From positions 15,624,001 through 15,688,000 of the forward strand of contig OZ059898.1 in assembly GCA_964057225.1 (NCBI GenBank): a stretch of DNA of 64,000 nt, written 5' to 3'. Below, piece after piece: positions 42,965-54,300 of this stretch. The notes under the pieces are model-generated. The model made no database searches. It was not told the origin of the DNA and was given only the letters and a program-made list of their open reading frames with translations. This DNA is from Auanema rhodensis (taxonomy: Eukaryota; Animalia; Nematoda). Every line of letters begins with the position of its first letter. Within the stretch, counting starts at the first letter, position 1. Made by a program: the position numbers and the translations under genes.

Positions 42965-45900
42965 TTATTTTCCTGATAGCTTCTCAATGTCCTGTCGTCG
43001 CTGAAAGTTTTTTAATTAAAAAAAAGTTTTTTTCATATAACAGAAATACTGACCTGTCGAGATTCCTCAGTTATTTTCTGATCCAACACATTCTTAACTG
43101 TTGTCACAGATTCAGCTAGTTTTCTGATTGCAGTCTTACATTCATCCACGTCACGACGTAAAATCTAAATTAAATTCAGAATGAGAATAAGAATATTAGT
43201 AAAGCATATACAGCATCATCTGGCATCTGATGTTGCTTCATCTGTAATCGTTGGAATGCTTCCTGTAGCTCTTTGATTGCTAAGTATCTATAAGAAAGAG
43301 AAATAACAAAAGACTTAATCGAAATAAATCATTAACAATCTCTTCAATAATATATAAAGGTATTGTTTAAATAATGTTTTGACTAACCTTTCTTCCTCTT
43401 CTTTGTCAATACGTGAATTAAGTTGATGTTTCAAGTTGTCAGCTTTAGCTGATAGTTCATTTAACTAAAATAATATAGTTAATTTTTGTTTTTTTAAACA
43501 TAATATGATATTATAATGTAACCACATCCACTTCACTAAATTCCTTTAATATTTTTAAATAATAAAACATACATCTTGAGGTATTTGTTTTTCAACTTTA
43601 TCACGTATTCGTTCCTGTGTTCGTTCAAGTTCATCCTAAAAAAATATAAATAACATAAATTTGTAAATAAAAAAGGAAAATAGGAATTACCTGTACACTA
43701 TCAATCTTAATCATTTGAGCTTTAAGCTTATTCGTATGTTCATTTTCGTCTAAATTAACCATTTTCTGGGCTAAATCTCGTTTATCATGATATAAGCCTA
43801 AATAAGAAGAAAAATAATTAAATCGAATGGCCAGTAGATTAAAGCAAGAAAATTCACCTGTTTGAACACGAGTCATCTTCTCTTCTAATTTCAAAAGACC
43901 TTCCATGCTCAATTTATTTTTGTCAGCAGCAATCGCTTCCATCTCTCGTCGCAACTTAAAAAGTGACAGAATTTTCTATTTCATCAAACTCATTGAAAAG
44001 CTTCAAACAGGAACAACTCTCTAATTAAATTCTCAAGAAATGGCTAACGGTCTTAGATTAATGCGAAGAAGAAGAAATCAAATTGCCGTTAAAGCTCTGG
44101 TACTGGCTAGTTATGGGCGAGCAAGTGAACGCTTGCTTAAGCATGGTATCAGGATAAGTTCTTCTGCTCTATTCCTTATCTTTCTGTTTTTTCTTCTAGC
44201 TTTCCATCGTTCCCTCGTTCCTTATTTCGTTAGCGCCCCCCCCCCCTCTCTCTTTCTCCCTTTCTCTCTTCTACTTAGTCATTTTCTTGTTGGATTCTCA
44301 ATCTCTTACATTTATATTTTCTTTCTATATGCTCTTAGCTTATTTTTTTATTTTCGTAGGACCGGCCCGTAGCAGCTATCACACGGAATGGCGCGAAACT
44401 CAAAATTTATTGGAATTTTTTGTTCCTCTTCAGAGAGATGTCGTCGACACAACTTGGCTGTCAGCCATCATCTGTAGTTCTGTGCCATAGCTTCACATCG
44501 AAAAGATTGATTATGGGCAAAAGCATACGAGCCTACGGAAGTTATTTTTTGCCGGTTGACTGGATTGAAAGAACAGAAGATTGAAAATCTCTGGGCTTTT
44601 CACGTGGTGATCTATGCCATAAGATGGAATTGGATAAAGAAGTAGAGAGAGAGACAGAGAAAACACGTCGAAACAGAAAAAAAAACGAAGTTGATTGCCA
44701 AGAAATATTTAGTGAATGGCCGATGAAAGTTCAGGTTTTATGAGCAATGTGAGGCAGGATCAACGACAAGCACATGACTGGTCATCGACCAATTCCTCAA
44801 AATCTCCGCTTTTTTAGTGACTTTTTTTGTTTCTTAATTGAATATTGAAATGGATGAGAGGAATTGTTTGTGTATGTATCTATATTCTAAGCTGAAACTG
44901 AAAAAGAAAGGAAAGAAGAAGTTGAATAAGAAGTAATATTGAAATGAATTGATAAGATAACTTAAGATAAGAAAGTTAATTCTGGATATAGTATATGTAT
45001 ATATAGATTGCTTGGTTTATAAGATTTTCAATTGAAAATACGTTTATATAAGAAGCATATTAGGAAATATTGTATATATGTATACACTATGTTACTCAGC
45101 TGTTAATCATTATACTACTAATGCCCTTATATGGAAAAAATAGATTCAATCAAGAATAGGTTGATAAGTTGTCTTAGAAAGACAAGACTCGCTTTCAGGC
45201 GATTGTCATTTGAGATTCATCCAGATAGTTGAATATGTATTATGTTAGTCATTCTAATCAAATTTAATAAAGAAAATAAAAGATTTTTTTGATAAAAAAA
45301 GAAAAGAAAAAAGGATTGTACCTTGAGCATACCCATTCCACCAATTAATGCACACATTTTTGGATTGAATATTAGAATTCAATTAACAAATTTTTAGAAA
45401 TGAATAGAATCCGGAAAGGACAGACTGACGATAGACGACACTGATGATGATACTGCTACTGCTGGTGATGATGATGACGATGCTGATGATGATGAAGAGG
45501 AGGAGGAGAAGAAGGAGTATAGTGATACTGGAGCTGATGATGAGAAGGAGGAGGAGATGGAAACGAAGATGATCATATGCTTTAAGCCATGAAAAAGAAG
45601 CTTAAGTGAAGAGGGAGGAACGCGGCGGAAAAGGGGAGGTGATGGACTAAGAGCCGAAATGATGGCTAAAAGGACGTATAGTTAACCAAGATTAGAAGGT
45701 TCACTTTCATGTTCTTACTCATAAATTTTCTTTCTTTTTGAATATGTATTATGAGTCTTTGTCGCTCAAAAGCCAAAATCTTCTTTTCGACCAAAAACTA
45801 GCCTTTCCTCATTAAACTTCTTAGTAAAAACTTCTGAACGCCAAAGAAATGAGCACATATTCGAAGTTTTATTAGGTTAAAATGGCTTTCATTATCTTCT

Positions 45901-48285
45901 AAAGGCGAACAGAAAATTTTTTTTTCAGGTTTTAAGTCCAAAGATCTTATAACTGGAAGAGGAAATACTACTGCTATCATCAAACTTACAGCATCAATAT
46001 CAAGGGCTGGCATTCGGGAAACACCTTTTCCTGATTTCACATCTTCTATTGATTTGCTCATTCCACCCATATAAATATTTATTCTTTCTTCAACTTCTTG
46101 GATTTTAGACAAAAGACCTTTTTCATGTAATTTCCTAAAATAATGGTAAATGCAGCATAGTTTTGGAACTTAACACCTAGATTGTATTTCTGCATTCATG
46201 AGTTTGTCCATCTTTTTGTTACCTAATTCCAGATGATGTTCTAAAGCAGCTAATGCTTCATTAACCTTTTGAAAGCGATCTTTCTGTTTTGCTCTATCCA
46301 CCTGAAACATGAAGCTCAAGTTTCAAAACATCCAACTTTCAGTACTTGAATTTGTTTATTCAATGCTTCAATATGATCTGATTGAGATTTTGTTAAAAAC
46401 TCCAGTTTTCTCTTGGAATCTCTATCTAATTCATTTAGATTATCATTATGAATACGAACAGCCTGAAACAAAATAAATGAATTCAGATAGCTTTCTATTC
46501 TTGAATTCTTAAATTAAATTTTTTTACTTACAGATTCAAGAGAAGAAAATTTATTATTAAAATCATCACGTAATCTCGAATTCGTTTCGGTCATATTTCT
46601 TGTAACTTCTGTTGTTATTAAATTTATTTTTTCATTTAAACGTTTCGCTTCTTCAGAAAGTTTTTCCTTTAAAAATTGAAAATTAAATAAACTTGTAAAC
46701 CTATTTCAGCATACTTTATCCATATCACCTTTCTTTGTTATATTATTCAAAATATCTGTTTTACTACGATCTTGTTGTCGAATAATTTCTTGTAAACGAT
46801 GAATACTGAAAATTTGAAGAAGATGAGAGAAGATAAAGTTGGAGAGAACTCTAGAATATCAGCATAAGCTTTAGCCTTACTTATCTCCAAGTTGCTTCGC
46901 TTCACGATTTCTCTCACTTTTCTCATGATCAAGTTGTTGTTTCAATTGCATTATACTGCTATGTAAATCACGAATTTTGTTATCTAATTGCTGAGTTGAA
47001 TTGGCTAATTTCTGAAAAATTTATTTGAAAGATTAGATCAGGTATTTTCAAAAAAAAAAGAAAAGAAGAAATTAATGGAAACCGATGGATCGACAACTGG
47101 TCGATTTTTAATTTCATTGTTGATATGCATTAAATCTTGTAGATTTCGATCAAGAGTTGTTCTCAAGCTGCTTATATCATTACCCATGGCAATCACCTGC
47201 AAAAAGAAAAGAATATAGAAATTCAAAAAGGAAAGGGGAAGAAATGAATTACTTTTCCATCAACAGACATAACTTGTCGACGTAAATCATCGACATCGCG
47301 ACTTCTGAAAATATATTTCTCAGCTGCAGAATATCATTTATGGCTATCAGTATCAAATAATATTATGAAGCAAATATGTGTGATCCATGCTGTCCAATTT
47401 TCGTTTTTTTTTCTTTTTTTTTGGTTAAACCAAGACATTAATACATCAATGTAATCCTTTTGAGAATGTTAGGAATTACCCGTTATTTCCTGAAGTCATA
47501 ATTTGTCGTTGAAGAGCATCGTGATTTGCTTCTAATCGACGTCGTGCAGCCTGAAATGCATCTGTTTGGTGTGTGCCAGCCAATTCGTATGAAATAACCA
47601 AGGAAAAAACTGTCACGTAAAACAAAAAAACACAAAAAATATGAGAGAAAAAACCTGTTCAGCTGATAAAAGTTCTTTGTTATGACGTTGAAGATCTACA
47701 ATTTGGGATTGAAGTCCTTGAATAGCTGAGTTGTCTGGACGGCGATCAACGACAACTGGTGGACGTTGATTCAGGTCGTGTGCCTGCTATCGAGAAAATT
47801 CTTGGAAATTCCAAAATTTAAAAAAAATAATTAGATGACCACAGATGAAAAGTATGATCTACATGTAGAAGGAAAGAAACACTCAGAAAGGAAAAATCTC
47901 AAACACGGGCAAAAGTGCTGCATTTCACTCAAAACACCCAAATACCTTAGCTGAATTTAAAGAGGATCTAGATCGGAAATCCATTGAACTGGACCGCTGA
48001 TAAAAATTTTTTTTTGAAATATTAAGGAAAATCTCTTTTAAGTTATTTTTATTTCGAAAGAATTAAGTAAAAGCTTACTTTCACCCCTTCCTTAGGCTGT
48101 CTAGGTCCCTGACCAGAAGGTCTGAAATATCAAAATAATCTTAACAAATTTCTTAATAAAAGTAAAAAACAAGTTATTAGTATGCAGATCAAAATAGATT
48201 ATAAAGGACGGCATGCAACTTACGCTAATCCTAATATGATGTCTTTAGCTGTATCTCTAGCTCCTCGATTTTTTTTGTACGACAT
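42965..48285 (-). CDS. long multi-exon coiled-coil protein (possibly CCDC154/FAM81-like), with a 2035-nt intron at 43955-45989
   Basis: Starts MSYKKNRGARDTAKDIILGLA after a ttttag acceptor. Heptad-rich exons (QGLQSQIVDLQRHNKELL, KIRDLHSSIMQLKQQLDHEKSER, MEGLLKLEEKMTRVQ). Ends KTAIRKLAESVTTVKNVLDQKITEESRQ/RRQDIEKLSGK*. The junctions I checked keep frame; the family call is from memory only. Confidence 0.85.
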
Positions 48286-49556
48286 CTTATTTCTAAAACA
48301 ATAAAATATTATTAAAAATAGATTTTTTTATAAAAACAACAAAACAAAACAAAAATATTTATAAATTGAACTCAGCATACGCATGCTATTGCGGTTGTAT
48401 GTTGATTTACATCATGAGCTTTAGCTTATAATGCTTGTAGCTTGCGTATCTTAGCGACGTCACTATAGTAGAAAACCTGAAAAGTGGACAAAAGAAGAGA
48501 AATCTTTATTGCCAAAGTTTCAAAAGTATAATATCTGAGGTTGATTTTTTTTAATATTCATAATCTTCTCAGATAGTTTATGTAAAGTGCCGGGTGAAAA
48601 TTAGCTAATAAATTAAGTTTTTGTAAGTTTCAGATCTGAGCTCTCATCTGATACTTCTTCATAGTTTGATTGTTTATAAAATTTTCGCTATTCTAATCGC
48701 ATATCAAAATGCAAAGCTGTGCAACATACTTTTCTTCACCGTATCTTCTATTGTAACCTCATTTCCTACAGTAATCTCTAGAGTTCAATATGAGAAAAAG
48801 TTTAAAACATCTTTTTGCTTCTTCTTCGAGCAAAGATAAACGAACTTTCTTTGCAGGAATTTACATAAAGTGAGTCTCTTTGTTGTATTTTTTTTGTTTT
48901 CGCCGTATTCTTTTCCGTCTGTACTAGTTAAGAACTAATACTACAACTAAAAACTACAACTGAGATTATATCTTATATTATTGACAACTTTGTCTTTAAC
49001 ATTTACATCGGAAATACTTAATCGTTTTTTTTTCTTTTCTTTTTAAAGAAAATATGTTGTTAGATGGATGGTTGGTTGGATTGAAAAAACATGATAAAAT
49101 TCTAATAATATTCATTATGAACTATCAGAAGTACTTTAGATATTCATACATGTATACAATATATACAACGAACATTTTCACCGATTTTATCTGCTCAAAA
49201 CTGGACTTTGGTCATATTTGACTGATCGCTCTAACAGTTTATGTTTTTCTGATCCTAGCTACGCCATTTACTGGAACAAGGACAAGATCTTAAACTGGAA
49301 TTGGTAGAAAGCATAAGCTCAAGGAGATCAGTATGCTCATAGTACGCAATGAGTAAAGAGTGTGTGGGTGTGTGGATCATCACCATATATGTACATATAC
49401 GGAAATTCATTAAAGAAATCAAATAGCAGTTTATGAGGAAAATCCACCCAAAAGGACTTTGTAGAACTTAATCGTTCCAGATTTATGAAACGGAAGAGAG
49501 CAGAAAAGGCTATCTTGTGCTGCATGACAAGTTGAATTATTATTTTCTTGTTAACG

Positions 49557-50281
49557 TTATTGTCGACTATTCAATTCATTATTGTTCAGGTGGTTGTTAA
49601 TAATTTTAGCAGACATCGAGTGAATTCCAAGCTCGTATGCTTTGTTCTAAAATGAGAAAATTTGAAACTTGAAGAACATAGGCTAATTCTATTACATGGA
49701 ACTCTTTTTCAACTTGTCGTTCTCTTGCGAGTTCATCGTCAGTCATTCCATTCAAAATTCTACGCTAAACATGAATAAGATGACATAGAGCATGAAAAGA
49801 AAGTTTAAACTTACCGTCTGCTTTGTTAATTTCTTATAATGACGTTCTCCTGGCAAGGTAAAAAGAAGTTTGAACTTTCTTTGTTGTACAGCTTGCACCT
49901 GAAACAAGGAGAATGCTGGGTTTTTCAGTTTTTCCATTAAAATTACAATGATCGGCTCGAGTTCTATTCTCTTGTCTAACCATTTTTTCAGTAACATCAT
50001 ATTATGAATCATATACTCATGAGTACGCTGAAATTATAATTTCAATGAGGAAAAATGTCGAAAAATCAAAAAGTCAAGAATGTACATGGGTATCTTCATT
50101 TGGATGCTTTGTGTTGTTTGTTATAGTCGCAAGTTTCTTTGCATGACTCAAGGACTTATCCTCAAGAATACGGTATGTCTGAAATCATTATAAGTATGTA
50201 GGTAAGGTCAACTTTTCCCAAAAATGAAATGTAACTACGAACGAAAGCGCTTACTACTTGCATTCTTTCAGCAGAAGTCAT
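49557..50281 (-). CDS. hypothetical ~150-aa protein, 6 coding exons (5' end uncertain; frame is open back to the acceptor at ~50326)
   Basis: MTSAERMQV/TYRILEDKSLSHAKKLATITNNTKHPNEDTH/RTHEYMIHNMMLLKKWLDKRIELEPII/VQAVQQRKFKLLFTLPGERHYKKLTKQT/RRILNGMTDDELARERQVEKEFH/NKAYELGIHSMSAKIINNHLNNNELNSRQ*; five short GT-AG introns. Confidence 0.75.
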
Positions 50282-51395
50282 GTTGTGATGAATGACATGA
50301 TGATGATGATTGCTTGGCCGAGCATCTGAAGTTTATAAATTGTCTTTTATTTTAAGTTAAAACATTTTTAAAATTTATCAAATGATCAGGTTCAAACCAT
50401 AGATCACTTACAGATTTTTGTATTAAAAATGAAAAACTATAAACACAAAAATTTTGTAAGAAAATATTAAAAAGGACAAATTTTAAAAAAATTTAATTTT
50501 AAACTTACTGTTAATTATGATACTTTGTGAAAAAATTACAAAAATCGACAATAGAATAAGAATCATTTCTTAATGAACAATAAAATCAATATGTGAACAA
50601 GTATCTTCGTCCAACTAATAATAGACTGTTCACCTGGGTTAACTTTCTGCAATGAACCAGTGTCGAAGAGGATAGAATGGGGTAAGCGGGAAGGTCAGTT
50701 TATAGAAGAAACTGGAAAAAATACTATTTTCATGATTCTCAGCATGTCTAGGCTTGTTTCATGAGTTACATGTACTAGCCTATATACATATAATTCATAT
50801 TATTACAGTTTAGAAAAAAAAATGAGAATAATAATTTTTAATTGGAAATTAATCTGAGAATTGTTTGATTTCGAAGGAATGTATATTTTGTGTAGTCTAG
50901 ACAACTATCACTGAAGAGTAATGACGCTAAAAGATCAGTAATTGAAAATAAAACAGAATCAAACAATAAAAATAGTTTTGCTGTTTCTTTTTGTCACAAT
51001 AAACTTGCTACTCTAATGACAGCAGTCACTGGTAGTTATTAGCATAACATCCGTACCACGTTTACGTGGAACATCCCAAAGAGACAGTATCCATTTTTTA
51101 TAATATTTACGACGTGATCGGTTGAATTTCTTTGTTCCGTTTTCTCTCTGTATATATATAGCCAAAAAATTATTTATGATCGTTCGATGTATAATATAGT
51201 AATAATTTATAATGAAAAAAACATTTTTACAAAAACAAAACATTCTTCACAGAAAAATACCCATGCAAGTTATGAATTTTGGCTTGTGACTAGCTATTTG
51301 CAATATATGCAATTGTTTTATTTAAGAGGATACGAGGTCTTTGTATCCATTACCAGCAACAGGCCTCCTTAAAACAACCGTTTTTATGAAGAAGG

Positions 51396-54300
51396 TTATG
51401 AAGGCTTCATATCTGGCCCGACATCTGAAAATGTAGACGTTATGTTTTGTAAAATAAATTTTTATAAATACCGGTAGCCCGTTTGCTACGTGGCCTTCTA
51501 ACACCTGGAGGTGGTTGAGCTTCGATGAGGGGCATCTCTGGTGGTGGACTTCTGCCTCCATTAGACCCTCCTGATGAATAGTAAACATGTCCACTGCGAC
51601 TATGTCGTCTATGAGAGTGAGAGAGAGGCTCACCAAAGCTAAAAAGTGGTCAATAGTGAAAAAAAAACATTTTAACTATCTCTTACTAATCATAGTGTGC
51701 TGGTGGTGGGGCATATCCAGGAAGGAAGTTGTGCATGGCCATTGGTTGACGACCATGACTTCTCGACCTTCTACGGCTTGAAACGGTGCCGTCTTTCTTT
51801 TCTTTACGTTCGCCGTCACTTGGAGATGGATCCCTCATGAGACGATCAGATCGACGTCCCCTTGATGGTTTCTTGACGATTGGCATTTGATCCATCATGA
51901 AGTCTTCTTGAGGAGACATAGTTCTAGTGTGTCGAATAGGTCGCTCATCTGCCCAAAGAAGTTCTTGAGTAGCAGGACGAGCAGCAGCCTCGCCATCGAA
52001 AGATGTGTTTGATAAATTAGGCATTTCGAAGCTACTCTCTGGCGCCTTGGGCTGAGATAATTGGAGTTCTTCCAATTTTCTCTTGAGCTCGAAAACTTGA
52101 TGGAAGCTCTTGTGCTCCAACTTAGCAAAGTCAGCACGTACTTTCTTCAGCTCAGCATCGAGCTAAAAAGTAATAATTCATGAAGTAACTACAGAAAATG
52201 ATTAACCTCCTTGATTCTGTCTTCTTTTTGTCTCTTTTCTTCTTGAAGTTCAACCAAATTTTCCCTAAGTTTCTGAAGATCATCTCTTAACTTGTTACAA
52301 GTCTGGAATACTCAGAATAAAAATAGTTTAAGAAATCTTCGAGCATACTGCATCTCGTTCTTCTAACTTTCCGCCGTTTGCATTGATAAGAGCAAGAAGT
52401 TGATCAGCTCTTTCATTAGACTTAGTCTTTTCAAACTTTTCTCTTTCCAAATCTTCCCTTACAGTATTGTACAATTCTTCTATCTTCTTCTTCTCGTTCA
52501 CTGCTCTCTCCATATCTTGCCTTGAAAATATATATAAGAATATCAGAAAAGAAACAAATTATCATACTTGGCAAGTTGGCATTCTTGTTCAAGTTTGCTT
52601 TGGAGGGCCTTCAACTTTATTATTTCTCTGATGTCGGCGGTAGGGGAAGATTTTTCCTTCTCTTCCTTTTCTTCTTTCTCTTCATACTCTGGTTCATCAC
52701 CAAAGTCGGACCAACCTCCAGATCCTCCGGATTCTGCATATATATGTTTAACAAAACATATTGTGTTCATGTTACTTACCAGCAGCATCAGCATCCTTTC
52801 GCGCAGGCTCTTCAATACACATTTCAGAGGCTACTTTAAGTTCTTGTTTCAGTTGCTCGTTAGCAGTTACTAATTCAATTTTGTTCTGTTTCAGGTTCGA
52901 AATCTCAGCTTCTTTCTGGCGCACAGTCTCCATGGACTTGTCATAGTCAGCAATAACATTCTTCAATTTATCGCGTTCAGCCTTACAGTCAGCTTCAATT
53001 CTTGTAAGAGCTTGGTGAGCTTCAACAAGTTCCTTATTAACTTTAGCTAATTCATTAGTAATGTTCTCCACTTGCTGTTCAGCACTTTCAGATCGTGTCT
53101 CGTACTGCGCAAGCTAAAAACAACTGGTACGCATTATTCTACAATTGGCGTCGCACCTTTTCTCTTTCCTTATTCAGAGCTGACTCGAGCAATTCCTTCT
53201 CATTTTTTTCGCGAGCAAAATCAATTTCCATTTGGGCAATTCTTAAAGAGGAAGTTAAGTTTTTTTAATACAAAAATACCTGTTTGTTAGTTGACTATTT
53301 TCAAATTTAACTGGTTCTATCTCACGGCGTAAAGCATTAATCTCATTGACGTATTCCTGACTTACAGCGGAATTATTACCAGCTCTGAAAAAAACAATAA
53401 TATTTGAAGTTTCAGATAATATTTTAATTTTACCTCTTCAATTCATCCTCTCTGATAAGAATTTGTCCCCTAAGTTGATCATTCTCTACTTGAAGCTCTT
53501 TGTTTTTAGTACCAAGATCATGTGCTACTCTGAATAAATATGGTAAATTTATCAAGAAAAACTTTATCAAACCTGCGATCAAAATAGAGAGAATCCCCAT
53601 TATCAGACAAAAAGTAAGATACAAGATAGATGACAAAAGCAGTAATAACAAACAAGATGTTCAAGATTATACCTACGCCTGAAGTATACAAACATTAAAA
53701 AAACACAAGTTACTAATTATTACCTGCGTCACTGAGATCTCCAACTGGAACAATAGATTTGACAATACCTATCACAGATTTCATTATATTTCCTAAGACA
53801 CTCGGTTCAACTAAGAATAAATATAAATAAACTGCAAAAAATATGGTTATACCTGGGATAGAAGCAGTATCGGGAATAGGAACAAACTTATCAGAGAATC
53901 CTTCTTCGAATGGATTAGCTTTGAAAGGATCTTCCTGAGGTGGCGGTGAAGAAGCAATCTTACCACAATCATCTCCATCACAAACACCCTAGATATTATA
54001 AGATTAATGATATCAAAGATAAAAAAGGGTACCTTATTAAAATCATTGTCCAATGGTGGCAGTTCAGAGGCTACCTCTGGTGGGGCATCGAATACACTAG
54101 GAACTGTTGTGGCTTCGAATGCACTAGGAACTGTTGTAGCTTCGATTACACTAGGAGCTGTTGTGGCTTCCAAAGGAATAGTTGGTTTAACTTGTTCAAC
54201 AGGAGGGGAAACAGTCGTAGTTAACTAAAGTAAAATAAAATCATAGCTCACAATAATTTTAAAAACAGGGAAATACCATATCAAGATTAATTGTAGGAAT

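Noticed and set aside
44365-44386. gcccgtagcagctatc resembling miR-51/miR-100
   Set aside because: Seed differs (GCCCGTA versus ACCCGTA) and partly complementary stretches are 140-250 nt away, too far for a pre-miRNA.
50906-50928. 23-mer ending gtaatgacgct like miR-236/miR-8
   Set aside because: Seed mismatched and no complementary 5' arm nearby.
48285-51396. Three consecutive minus-strand genes as an SL2 operon
   Set aside because: Stop-to-next-acceptor gaps are about 1 kb or more, longer than the typical ~100-nt intercistronic spacing; cannot be supported without SL2 data.
53150-53245. CG-rich TTTTTCGCG patch as an intragenic promoter
   Set aside because: It is a frame-required coding exon (IAQMEIDFAREKNEKELLESALNKEREK) of the TANGO1-like gene.
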